Source: Bacillota bacterium (GTDB lineage Bacteria > Bacillota > DULZ01). Taken from it: a stretch of 64,000 nt of DNA. The stretch covers positions 5,986-69,985 of the forward strand of contig JBMNIZ010000008.1 in the NCBI GenBank assembly GCA_050951405.1, in the 5' to 3' direction. The notes beneath the pieces are model-generated. The model had not been told where the DNA came from and made no database searches. It saw only the letters and a program-made list of their open reading frames with translations. Numbering within the stretch: the first letter of the stretch is position 1; each line of letters starts with the position of its first letter. This document shows, one piece after another, positions 1 to 9,315 of the stretch. Position numbers and translations under genes: made by a program.

Positions 1-173
1 TTGCTTTTCCTATGATATAATTTCGATAAAAGGGCCGAAAATGCCTGCAATTACTGGCTTTTTAACACTTTTGCCAAAGAATTTTTGCCCACTGCTAACT
101 ATGGACTGTTAGTGAAAATGCAAACCAAGGATCGTCCAAGGTTTGCATTTTCTAAGACTTTGTCTACAGTCTG
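1..173 (-). mobile_element. Truncated second copy (terminal ~170 bp, cut by window edge) of the IS1182-family element that is complete at 46780..48489, in opposite orientation
   Basis: nt 1-110 are ~90% identical to the reverse complement of 46861-46960; nt 113-173 mirror the IS left end (CAGACTGTAGACAAAGTCTTA...GCAAACCTTGG) found at 46780-46840. Confidence 0.6.
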
Positions 174-199
174 AAAGGTTGCCTTGCAGCAACCTTTTT
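174..199. terminator. Bidirectional stem-loop AAAGGTTGC-cttgca-GCAACCTTTTT downstream of the aldehyde oxidoreductase gene, directly abutted by the IS end
   Basis: 9-bp stem with A-run/T-run flanks, immediately 3' of the minus-strand CDS ending at 225. Confidence 0.55.
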
Positions 200-224
200 C
201 CGGTGATGATGCTCATTTATATTC

Positions 225-2999
225 TTAATTTTTTTCCAGGGCCTCTTTGATCCTGGCCGGTGTGGCCGGCAGGGTATAGATGCGCACGCCCACCGCATCG
301 TAGATGGCGTTTAGAATCGCCGGCGTGATAGGCACAGTGGCCACCTCAGATATCCCCTTGGCTCCGTAAGGCCCGGTTGGTTCAGGGTCCTCCACGATCA
401 AGACCTGGTACTCGGGGGTCTCGTCTATTTTAGGCACCCCCAGCTGGCGAAAACTGCGGGCCTTGTGGATTCCCTTTTCCACCGGGTATTCCTCGGAAAG
501 AGCATAGCCCTGGCCCATGGAGCAGCTTCCCTGAATCTGTCCTTCGATTTTTTGGGGGTTGATAGACCTGCCCACATCATGGGCGGCGATTACCTTCAAG
601 AGTTTCACCTGGCCGCTGTCCGGGTCAACCTCAACGATGGCCACTTGGGTTGTATAAGCATAAGCCGGATAGTTCCGGTATTCCTCCTTGGGCACCTTGG
701 CTCTGGCCTCTTTATCCGCCAGGGCATAAGTCTTGGGAGCCACGTAGAAATAATCAGCCCGAATGCTGTCCCCTCGGGAAGATACCTGAGAGGCTAAATC
801 AGCCAAAGAACAAACCAGCTTCCCGTCTTTCCCCCTCACTGCCCCTTCCTGCAGTTCCAGCTGGGCTGGATCAAGCCTGTAAATTTCTCCCGCATAATTC
901 AACAGTTTTTCTTTGAAAATGCGGGCTGCATGATACATGGCATTGCCGCTGATGAGGGTCTGCCTTTCTCCTACGGCACCGCCGTGCCTGGGGGTCAAAG
1001 AAGTATCTCCGGTGATAATCTCTAAAGACTGGGCCGGCAGATTGAGGGTCTCGGCGGCAATTTGAGCCATTGTGGTCCTGATCCCCTGCCCCATATCCAC
1101 TGCCGACACTCTCACCTGTATGCCGCCATCAGGTTTCAGCTCCACTATGGCCCCGGCATCATCCACCTTGCCCTTGCCCGCTCCCACATTTTTAAAGCCG
1201 CTGGCTACCCCTATGCCCAACTTTTTCCTGCTCCCCCGGTACATTTCCTGAAAGCGGGGCAAATCCTTCTCCAGGGCTGCCTTAGCCTGCTTGATGGTTT
1301 CCTTAATGGCCACACTGGCCTTGAGGATCTCACCGGAAGCGGTTTCCGAACCCACATCCAGAGCATTCTTCAGGCGGATGTGGAAACGGTCCATCCCCAA
1401 TTTCAGGGCAATTTCATCCAAAAGGCTCTCGATGGCTACCGCCGCCTGATTAATGCCAAAACCCCGGAATGCACCCGAATTGGCGTTGTTGGTAAAAACC
1501 GCCCAGCCCTCTACCCTGATATTGGGTACCACATAAGGTCCGCAGGCAAAGATACAGGCCTGATCGATGACCCTGGGGCTCAGTCCCGAATAGGGTCCCG
1601 CATCGGACAACAATTTGGCGTCCACAAAAAGCAGCTTGCCTTCTTGATCCGCTCCCACCTGGTAGTCCATGATATAAGGATGGCGCTTGGCACTCATGCG
1701 CATGGACTCTTCCCTGCTCAGGGTGAGCTTCACCGGTTTGCCGGTACAGTATGCTGCCAAAGCCGTCATGTATTCTACCGGGCCGTCGATCTTCCCGCCA
1801 AAAGCGCCCCCCAAAGGCGTAACGATGATTCTGATCCGATCTTCCGGCAAATTCAAAACCGCTTGCAGCCTTTTCTTAATCTCGAAAGGGAACTGGGTGG
1901 GCCCGTATACTGTCAGCACGCCCTTTTCATCCAGAAAACTAACGCTGGATTCAGGCTCCAGGTAAGCATGCTCCACAAAGGGTGTTTCAAAATGACCTTC
2001 CACCACAATGTGTGCCCGGGCCTTGGCCTGCTCAACATCGCCCACCTGATGGACCAAATGCTTGCAAATGTTGCCTTCCGGGTACAATTTGGCGCTGGTC
2101 TCCTGCAAGGCTTCTTGGGGAGTAAAAACTCCAGGGAGAACCTGGTAGCGAACCTTGATCAAATCCACTGCCGCCTGGGCAATCTCCTCTGTTTCTGCCA
2201 CCACCAAAGCTACAGCGTCCCCCAAAAACCTGACTTTCTCCCCGCAGAGAACGGGCTGGTCCGGTTTAATAGTACCAATGCCGTTTTCCCCCGGGATATC
2301 CTTGGCGGTCAACACCGCCGTAACGCCCGGCAGGGCCTGGGCCTCGGTGATGTCTATATCCAATATTTGCGCATGAGGATGTTCCGCCCAGAGCACTTTG
2401 ACGTGTTGGAGGCCTTCCATGTCCAGATCGTCAGCATATTGCAGTTTTCCCGTTACCTTGGCTTCCCCGTCAATATCCGGCAGGGAAGCCCCCAAGCCGC
2501 CTCCTTTTTCCTCCGGATACTGCTTGCCCTCTGCCAGCCGGCCCGCCAGCTGAACCGCTTCGATTATTTTGGTGTAACCGGTGCAGCGGCAGATGTTGTT
2601 CTTTAAGCCCTGCATGATTTGCTCCTGGCTGGGCCTGGGATGTCTGTCCAGTAAAGCCTTTGCCGCCATAATCATCCCCGGGGTGCAAAAACCGCACTGT
2701 ACAGCGCCGGCAGCTAAAAAGGCCTCTTGAATAGGATGGAACTTGCCGTCTGCCGCCAGGCTCTCGATGGTGAGCACGCTTTTACCCTCCATCTGCTTCA
2801 ACGGCAGGAGACAGGACCGTTTGGCCTCCCCGTCCACAATCACCGTACAGGCCCCGCAATGACCGGTACTACAACCGTTTTTGGTCCCCGTAAGCTTCAA
2901 TTCTTCCCGCAGGAAGGAAAGCAGGCTTTGTTTGTCTTTCGCCTTCGCTTCCACAGGCTGCCCATTGACCGTAAACCTGATCACCCTCATGAACCTCAC
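225..2999 (-). CDS. Molybdopterin-dependent aldehyde oxidoreductase, Mop-type (two N-terminal 2Fe-2S domains fused to MoCo-binding domains, no FAD subunit)
   Basis: 924 aa; 2Fe-2S motifs GCSTGHCGACTV and QCGFCTPGMIMAAKAL, CRCTGY; C-terminus GVRIYTLPATP resembles D. gigas MOP GVRIYRLPAYP. Confidence 0.8.
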   Translation of the reverse strand: MRFMRVIRFTVNGQPVEAKAKDKQSLLSFLREELKLTGTKNGCSTGHCGACTVIVDGEAKRSCLLPLKQMEGKSVLTIESLAADGKFHPIQEAFLAAGAVQCGFCTPGMIMAAKALLDRHPRPSQEQIMQGLKNNICRCTGYTKIIEAVQLAGRLAEGKQYPEEKGGGLGASLPDIDGEAKVTGKLQYADDLDMEGLQHVKVLWAEHPHAQILDIDITEAQALPGVTAVLTAKDIPGENGIGTIKPDQPVLCGEKVRFLGDAVALVVAETEEIAQAAVDLIKVRYQVLPGVFTPQEALQETSAKLYPEGNICKHLVHQVGDVEQAKARAHIVVEGHFETPFVEHAYLEPESSVSFLDEKGVLTVYGPTQFPFEIKKRLQAVLNLPEDRIRIIVTPLGGAFGGKIDGPVEYMTALAAYCTGKPVKLTLSREESMRMSAKRHPYIMDYQVGADQEGKLLFVDAKLLSDAGPYSGLSPRVIDQACIFACGPYVVPNIRVEGWAVFTNNANSGAFRGFGINQAAVAIESLLDEIALKLGMDRFHIRLKNALDVGSETASGEILKASVAIKETIKQAKAALEKDLPRFQEMYRGSRKKLGIGVASGFKNVGAGKGKVDDAGAIVELKPDGGIQVRVSAVDMGQGIRTTMAQIAAETLNLPAQSLEIITGDTSLTPRHGGAVGERQTLISGNAMYHAARIFKEKLLNYAGEIYRLDPAQLELQEGAVRGKDGKLVCSLADLASQVSSRGDSIRADYFYVAPKTYALADKEARAKVPKEEYRNYPAYAYTTQVAIVEVDPDSGQVKLLKVIAAHDVGRSINPQKIEGQIQGSCSMGQGYALSEEYPVEKGIHKARSFRQLGVPKIDETPEYQVLIVEDPEPTGPYGAKGISEVATVPITPAILNAIYDAVGVRIYTLPATPARIKEALEKN

Positions 3000-3019
3000 C
3001 AGCCTTTGGTTTTATTACC

Positions 3020-3253
3020 TTAAAAAGGCAACCGGTTTCCCTGATCCTCAACTAACCGATGATATAATTTTTCAATACCCAGCCGGGAAATCCTCCTCAA
3101 GCAGCTTGCCATTTTTGCTGTTATCCCCATGGTTTCCTCCTGTTTTTCCCCGGAAATAACAATACTCTCCTCCGGCGGCAACTTTTTAATTGTCCGCCCA
3201 AAGGAGAGTATTTTCTTCAGTGCAAATGAAATTTTTTTCTGGGCTTTTTCCAT
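3020..3253 (-). CDS. Hypothetical small protein (77 aa), directly abutting upstream flavoprotein gene
   Basis: ORF only; start adjacent to stop of 3254..4093 suggests coupling; no recognisable motif. Confidence 0.25.
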   Translation of the reverse strand: MEKAQKKISFALKKILSFGRTIKKLPPEESIVISGEKQEETMGITAKMASCLRRISRLGIEKLYHRLVEDQGNRLPF

Positions 3254-4093
3254 TTAGTATTCATTGGGAAGCTCTTTCAGCTGGGCCAGGGTAAAAACCG
3301 GCCCATCAAGGCAGACATAGCGGCTCCCCAAGTTACAGCGGCCGCACTTGCCGATACCGCATTTCATCCGCATTTCCAGGGTAGTGACGATTTGTTCCGG
3401 TTGAAAACCCATCTTATCCAGGGATTGGAGCACAAATTTGATCATAATGGGAGGACCGCAGGTTAAAGCGATGGTATTGACCGGGCTGGGATTAAGTTTT
3501 TCCAAAAAAGCCGGCACAAAACCCACATGTCCCTGCCAGTTTTCGTCTCCTGCATCCACGGTCACACTCACCTGGGTATCCTTCACCTTAGGCCAGTTCT
3601 CAAAAAGGTCTTCTTTGAAGCAGAGATCCGCAGGAGAACGGGCCCCGTAAACAATATGCAGCTTGCCGAAATCCTCCCGGTGCTCCACACAATAGTTGAT
3701 CAGAGAACGTACCGGGGCCAATCCGATACCGCCGCCGATAAAGAGAACGTCTTTTCCTTGAAAAAGATCCAGGGGAAAACAATTACCGTAAGGCCCCCGG
3801 ATGCCCACTTCCTGGCCGACTACCGCTTCATGGAGGGCTTCCGTTAAAGTGCCGACCTTTTTGATGGCAAATTCCAGGTGATTTTCGCCCTGGGAAGTAA
3901 CGGAAAACATGGCTTCCCCTACCGGCAGCAAAGAGAGCATGCCCAGCTGTCCCGGCATGGGATGAAAGGGCTTACCCTCATCGGTAGTAATATGAAAGGT
4001 CTTTACATCGGGAGTTTCCTCCACAATTTTGACAATCTTTCCGATCTTCGGCAGTAAGGGATTAGCAGAAGCTTGACCATTTGCCTTAGTCAT
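3254..4093 (-). CDS. FAD/NAD(P)-binding ferredoxin-reductase-type oxidoreductase with C-terminal 2Fe-2S (AsrB / sulfhydrogenase gamma / FloxA-like)
   Basis: 279 aa; GGGIGLAP nucleotide-binding motif; C-terminal CGIGKCGRC cluster motif; overlaps next gene by 8 nt. Confidence 0.7.
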   Translation of the reverse strand: MTKANGQASANPLLPKIGKIVKIVEETPDVKTFHITTDEGKPFHPMPGQLGMLSLLPVGEAMFSVTSQGENHLEFAIKKVGTLTEALHEAVVGQEVGIRGPYGNCFPLDLFQGKDVLFIGGGIGLAPVRSLINYCVEHREDFGKLHIVYGARSPADLCFKEDLFENWPKVKDTQVSVTVDAGDENWQGHVGFVPAFLEKLNPSPVNTIALTCGPPIMIKFVLQSLDKMGFQPEQIVTTLEMRMKCGIGKCGRCNLGSRYVCLDGPVFTLAQLKELPNEY

Positions 4094-5096
4094 GGATGGG
4101 CACCTCCCTTAACTGATTGATCACCCTGGTGATATCAAGGGTAACCGGGCACTTCACCAGGCAACGCCCGCATCCTACACAACCCCACTTCTCATACCTT
4201 TCCGGCATATACTGAAGTTTATGCAGGAAACGCTGGCGGACCCTTTCTTTCTTAGTGGGTCTGGGATTGTGCCCCCCGGCCATTAAAGTATATTCCTTGT
4301 ACATACAGGAGTCATAGCAGCGATACTTTACTCCCTTTTCGCCCCTGTTCCTGTTTAGAATATCAAAACAGTGACAGGTGGGGCAAAGATAAGTGCAAGT
4401 GCCGCAGTTGATGCATTTACGGCAAATCTCCTCCCAAACGGGGTGCTCAAACATTTTCTGCAGCTTTTCCGTTAAACCTTCAACTTCCACCTGCAAGGAG
4501 CATTCTTTCCCTTCAGGGAATTCCTGGGAAGTATCTGCCAGAAGCGATTGAGTAGCCTGGAGCAGCTTTTCCCCTTTTTCGCTCTGGGCTGAGAGAAGAA
4601 AAGCGTCGCCAGTATCAGCCATCATGATATCGGCCTGGGGCGCCCGGCCGGGATCGATTCCCCAAGAACTGCAGAAACAGCTGGGCTCCGGCTGCAGGCA
4701 GCCTAGAGATACCAAAACCGTTTCTTCCCGCTTTTTCTTGTAATAGATATCTTCAAAACCTTTGGCGAGAAAAACGTCATCCAACAATTCTATGGCTTTT
4801 ACGTCACAGGGTCTGATGCCCACAACCACCGTTGGGCCGCCGACACCATCCAGCTCCTGGACAGCAGCCTGAAGCTTCTTGGTTTCATATGCATAAAGCT
4901 CCTCTGTTTGAGGGAAAAATATTTTTTTAGGAGAAATAATAGTATTTTTATCCAGCGCCGGTTCCGTTCCTTCTTCCCAGACGGCAAACTGGGTCAGCCC
5001 ATCATTGTCAACAGGAACATAAACTGTTGCCTGCTTCTTCAGCTCCGCCAAAAATCTCGGCAAATCCTTCTTTTGCAGTTTTTTCATTGATTTCAC
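4086..5096 (-). CDS. Iron-sulfur protein with two 4Fe-4S ferredoxin motifs (AsrA / sulfhydrogenase beta / FloxB-like)
   Basis: 336 aa; CINCGTCTYLCPTCHC and CVGCGRCLVKCP motifs. Confidence 0.65.
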   Translation of the reverse strand: MKSMKKLQKKDLPRFLAELKKQATVYVPVDNDGLTQFAVWEEGTEPALDKNTIISPKKIFFPQTEELYAYETKKLQAAVQELDGVGGPTVVVGIRPCDVKAIELLDDVFLAKGFEDIYYKKKREETVLVSLGCLQPEPSCFCSSWGIDPGRAPQADIMMADTGDAFLLSAQSEKGEKLLQATQSLLADTSQEFPEGKECSLQVEVEGLTEKLQKMFEHPVWEEICRKCINCGTCTYLCPTCHCFDILNRNRGEKGVKYRCYDSCMYKEYTLMAGGHNPRPTKKERVRQRFLHKLQYMPERYEKWGCVGCGRCLVKCPVTLDITRVINQLREVPIHD

Positions 5097-5109
5097 CGCC
5101 TCCTCGACC

Positions 5110-5997
5110 TTACATGAATTCTTCCGGATCTTCGGTTTTATACAGGCCCAGAGGAGGAGTTACCTCCAAATCGAGACCGGCTTCGTACTCGCCAAACAAC
5201 TCGTTGATATCCTTGGCAATCTTGCGGTTTAACAACATGATGGGAATACCGGCTGGACAGACCCTTTCGCACTCGCCGCACTCAGTACATCTTCCCGCCA
5301 CATGAAAGGCCCGGACCAGTCCATAAAACTCATTGCCCCCTCGGTCAACGCTTCTTTCCAGCCAATCCTGACCCTGATCGAAGATACACTCCCGGCAGTT
5401 ACAGGCGGGGCACACATTGCGGCAGGCATAACAGCGAAGACAGCGATCATAATGAGAGGACCAAAACTCATAGCGGCTGTCAGGATCCATTTTTTCGATT
5501 TCCTCTACCCCGGCAAATCGATCCTTTTGTGGGGATGGCTGCACTTCCTCTCCCAACAGCACGTCGTAAATCACCGGATTGGGATGGGTGCAGTAAAGGC
5601 ACTTTTCCTCCAGAGGCAGGTCCTGAATTTTCTCCGGTCCGGCTTCTTTCGCCGCCTGAATACTCTTCATGCCCGGACAGGGAATACCGATCAAATAGAT
5701 TTTATCTCTATCCAGTTGTAAATCCTGCAGCAAACGGTTAACGCCCCGGGCATCACAACCCTTGACAAAAATAGCCGTTTTGCCTTCCTTCTGCCTATAC
5801 TCCATGAGATATTTGGCCAGATTAACCGCACAAAACTCATCCCAGATCAGACAGTCCGTATCTTCCGGTCGGGTAATGAAAACCGGCGTGGAATCATAGA
5901 AAAAAGTGCCCTTTTCCCAACCGATAATCAGATCCACTTCTTTCTTTTTAAGCAACTCTTTGGCCAGCTGCCGCATTTTTTCCGTCACTGACTTCAT
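5110..5997 (-). CDS. FrhB/FdhB-family (coenzyme F420 hydrogenase beta-like) iron-sulfur flavoprotein, FloxC-like
   Basis: 295 aa; CLRCYACRNVCPACNC and CTECGECERVCP motifs; ATGA overlap with mvhD stop. Confidence 0.6.
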   Translation of the reverse strand: MKSVTEKMRQLAKELLKKKEVDLIIGWEKGTFFYDSTPVFITRPEDTDCLIWDEFCAVNLAKYLMEYRQKEGKTAIFVKGCDARGVNRLLQDLQLDRDKIYLIGIPCPGMKSIQAAKEAGPEKIQDLPLEEKCLYCTHPNPVIYDVLLGEEVQPSPQKDRFAGVEEIEKMDPDSRYEFWSSHYDRCLRCYACRNVCPACNCRECIFDQGQDWLERSVDRGGNEFYGLVRAFHVAGRCTECGECERVCPAGIPIMLLNRKIAKDINELFGEYEAGLDLEVTPPLGLYKTEDPEEFM

Positions 5998-6431
5998 TTG
6001 GCATCCCTCAACTTCCTATTGGGTCCCAGAGGCCGGATGCGCTCCGACAAATCCGCGATTACCTGAGCGAATTTCGGTCCCTCTGATCCTGAAACCCAAC
6101 GCACTTCAAATCTTTCAGGATCCAGACCCGTGTACTCCAGCATCCGTTGCATAATCAGATAACGGCGCCGGGTGAAATAATTGCCACTACCATAGTGGCA
6201 GTCACCGGGGTGTCAGCCGGCCACTAAAACTGCATCGGCCCCCCGTTTAAAGGCCCGGAGAACAAATTGGGGATTAACCCGGCCCGAACAGGGGACGCGG
6301 ATGACGCGAACATGAGGAGGATATTGGAGACGATTCAGCCCAGCCAGGTCAGCACCCGCATAAGCGCACCAGTGACAGCAAAAGGCTATTATTTTCGGCT
6401 CCCAATTGGCTCCGTGATTTTCTAGAGACAT
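5994..6431 (-). CDS. mvhD: MvhD-like hydrogenase/heterodisulfide-reductase iron-sulfur subunit, predicted selenoprotein (in-frame TGA at 6213..6215)
   Basis: ORF track stops at TGA after ...AVLVAG. Reading through gives [20 protein letters not shown]..., matching the MvhD GCHPGDCHY motif with Sec in place of the first Cys. The frame then stays open to a TGA at 5994 (ATGA overlap with next gene). Likely start is [22 protein letters not shown] at 6431. Confidence 0.7.
6183..6215 (-). other. UGA-Sec recoding site with candidate SECIS hairpin 13 nt downstream (mRNA GCCACUA-UGG-UAGUGGC)
   Basis: Perfect 7-bp stem and 3-nt loop at the spacing typical of bacterial SECIS elements; palindrome gccactaccatagtggc on + strand 6183..6199. 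Confidence 0.55.
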
Positions 6432-8416
6432 AAAGCTTCCACCTCCGCTAAGATTTGCTGATCGGTAAAGCCTTTGACAGTGATCGCCCCGGACCGGCAG
6501 GCCACATTGCAGGCACCACAACCCTGGCAAAGACCCTTATTGACCGCAGCCACCATTCTTTCCTGCATCTTGCCTGCTACCCTTTCCTGCAAGGGAACCA
6601 GCTCAATGGCTTTGTAAGGGCAGACTCCCACGCAAATGCCGCAGCCGGCACAGATGGCGTTATCAACAGTGGCCACCATGGGGTCGGTGGGCATTTCCGT
6701 TTTGGAAAAGAGGCTGGTCACTTTTACAGCAGCAGCGCTGGCCTGGCTGACCGTATCGGGAATATCCTTCGGCCCCTGACAGGCCCCGGCCAAGAAGACC
6801 CCCGCCGTAAAGGTTTCCACCGGCCTGAGCTTGGGATGGGCTTCCTGGAACCAGCCGTCTTTATCCGTGGAGATGCTGGCCAGCTTGGCCACCTTCTCGA
6901 AACCGGCGGCCGGCACCATGGCAGTAGCCAAAACCACCAGGTCCGCCTCCACTTCCACCGGGCGGCCCAGCAGTGTATCTTCACCTTTGACCACCAGTTT
7001 GCCCTCCCGGGGATAGATTTTGGAAACCCTGACCCCGTAAATACACAGCCCCTTCCTCCACCGTCCTTTCATAGAACTCGTCATAGGCCTTGCCCGGAGT
7101 CCGGACATCCATGTAGAAGACGAAGGCCTGACCGTCGGGAATCTTCTCCAGGACCTGATGGGCGTGTTTCGCCGTATACATGCAGCAGGCCCGGGAACAG
7201 TAGCTCTTCCCTTTGGTCAGATCTCTGGAACCGGCACACTTAATGAAAGACCACTGTTTTCGGTTCCTGCCCGTCGGAAGGACGAATAATCTTCCCTCCC
7301 GTCGGGCCGGACGCACTGGCCATTCTTTCAAACTGCATCCCGCTGATCACATCGGGATACCTGCCGTAACCATATTCACCGTACGCCTCTTCCCAGGCGA
7401 AGAGATCATAACCGGTGGCGACGATGATGGCGCCGAACTTCTCATCAATGATCTCGTCCTGCTGCTCGTAATCAACGGCCCCGGCCGGGCAGAATCTTCT
7501 GGCAGATACCACAACGCCCTCTGGTAAAGAGGCGGCAGTGTTCCTTGTCAATTACCGGCACATTGGGCACGGCCTGGGGAAATGGGAGTGTAAATGGCTT
7601 TCCGCTGGCCCAAACCGCATAGTCAAATTCGCTGGGTACTTTCGCTTGGGCATTTCTCCTGGCAAAGACCGCATCCGGTGCACCTGCTTTCGTCTACCAG
7701 ACGGGCTTTCTTCCTGAATCTTGACTTGGTAAGATTGCCCACATAGCCCCCGATTTCTTCCACTTCGGAGTAGGTTAAAGTTCTAATGTTAGGGTGCTGC
7801 GCCGCAGCAACCATTTTCGGCGTGCTAATTCAGGCGGAGCAGTCCAGGGTCGGGAAGGTCTTATCCAGCCTGACCATATTCCCGCCGATGGTGGGCTCCC
7901 TTTCCACCAGAACCACCTGGTAACCGGCATCAGCCACATCGATGGCCGCCTGCATCCCGGCAATACCGGCGCCGATCACCAAGCGCCCGCCTTTCCACCG
8001 GAATGGTGGTCAGCTCCAGGGGCTCATTTTTCGCCACCTTGGCCACAGCACTGCGCACCAGGTCGATGGCCTTGGCCGTGGCTTTTTCCTTATCTTTGTG
8101 TACCCAGGCACATTGCTCCCGGATATTGGCCATTTCCATGAGGAACTGGTTAATGCCGCCACTTTCACAAGCCTTCCGAAAAGTAGTCTCATGCAAGTCT
8201 CGGGGTGCAGGATGCCACCACCACCCGGTCCAGGTCATGCTCGGCGATGGCCTGTCTTGATCAAGTCCTGGCCCGGTTCCGAACACATATATTGATAATC
8301 GGTGGCAAAGGCCACATCAGGACATTTCCGCCGCTGTCAGCCGCTACTTTTTTCACATCCACCGTGGAGGCAATGTTGGTTCCACAATGACAAACAAAAA
8401 CTCCTACCCGTTTCAC
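6422..8416 (-). pseudogene. hdrA: hdrA (heterodisulfide reductase subunit A). It carries an in-frame TGA at the conserved Cys of the FPTxDCSxC motif (probable Sec) and at least six apparent frameshifts
   Basis: GTG start with AGGAGGG RBS. N-terminus VKRVGVFVCHCGTNIA. Fragments in three frames: [84 protein letters not shown]. Also [28 protein letters not shown]...YCSRACCMY and a C-terminal double ferredoxin. Overall span ~665 codons as expected for HdrA. Confidence 0.75.
7792..7832 (-). other. UGA-Sec codon of hdrA (7830..7832) plus a downstream hairpin with a bulged U (mRNA GGUUGCUGC-GGC-GCAGCACC)
   Basis: TGA aligns with the second Cys of the DCSMCI motif of HdrA. The hairpin lies 17 nt downstream, with an 8-bp stem, a bulged U and a G-rich apical loop, as in bacterial SECIS. 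Confidence 0.5.
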
Positions 8417-8443
8417 GCTTCTTCCCTCCTCGTTGCCGGATGT

Positions 8444-9315
8444 CTAAGCAAGTCCTTTTTCTCTAAAAGAGGCAGCCCGTTCACAAAATGTTTGGGCAGA
8501 CCCTAATTCTTTCGGGCCGTAGCCAAAAGCCAGCCCCATCAATTCCGTAAAGTAGAAGATGGGCAGATCGTACTTCTCCCTGGTAAGCTGCCCTCAGTCC
8601 CTTTCTGCCTCATGTCCAGGTTCATGAAGCACAAGGGGCAGGCCACCGCAATACAATCGGCTCCATTAGCCTTGGCATCAGCAAAAATGTTGCGCAGAAG
8701 AGGTCCCGCCTCCCTGGACAGAGTAGTGGTATGCCCGGCGCCACAACACTCTACCTTGAAGGACCAGTCCACGGGCGCGGCACCCAGCATCTCCATTAGT
8801 CGATCCATGCTCTGCGGGTTTTCCGCATCATCGAAACCCGTAGTTTCCACGGGACGGACCAGCAAACAACCATAATAGCAGGCAACTTTCAAACCTGTTA
8901 AAGGCCTGACCACTTTTTCCTGGATCTGTTCCTGATCCACCCGATTAGCCAGCAAATCCAGCAAGGATAAAGTCTGGTTGGATGCCTCATAATCCATTTC
9001 AATAATGCCCGCCACTTCTTCCTGGCACTCCTTGGAATTTCGTACCGCCAATTCCACTACCCGCATCCTGTTGTAACAGGCTGCACAGGGCACGGCCACA
9101 TCCAGACCTTCTTTTTCCGCCAGGGCCAGGTTTCGAGCCGGCAAAGCAAACCCCAATAACCGGTTGGTGGCATGGGCGGCAGAGGCCCCACAGCAATTCC
9201 AATCGGGTATTTCCCACAACTCCAATCCCAGGTGTTTCGCTACCAGTTTGGTGGAAAGATTGTACTCAACACCTGTAGCCTCAAGAGAACAACCGGGGTA
9301 ATAAGCATATTTCAA
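8444..9315 (-). CDS. hdrB: hdrB (heterodisulfide reductase subunit B, two CCG domains), one apparent frameshift near 8600
   Basis: NCCGASAAH and ECCGAGHTT CCG-domain motifs. The C-terminus continues in another frame as EKYDLPIFYFTELMGLAFGYGPKELG...REKGLA, ending at TAG 8444. Confidence 0.8.

Noticed and set aside
1062-2606. 514-aa plus-strand ORF antisense to the aldehyde oxidoreductase gene
   Set aside because: No recognisable motifs, His/Arg-rich low-complexity translation typical of the antisense frame of a GC-rich conserved gene; the minus-strand gene is clearly real
6455-7243. 262-aa plus-strand ORF and other >100-aa ORFs antisense to hdrA/hdrB (e.g. 7794..8141, 7942..8295)
   Set aside because: Antisense of a well-supported Fe-S flavoprotein gene; Arg/Pro/His-rich composition
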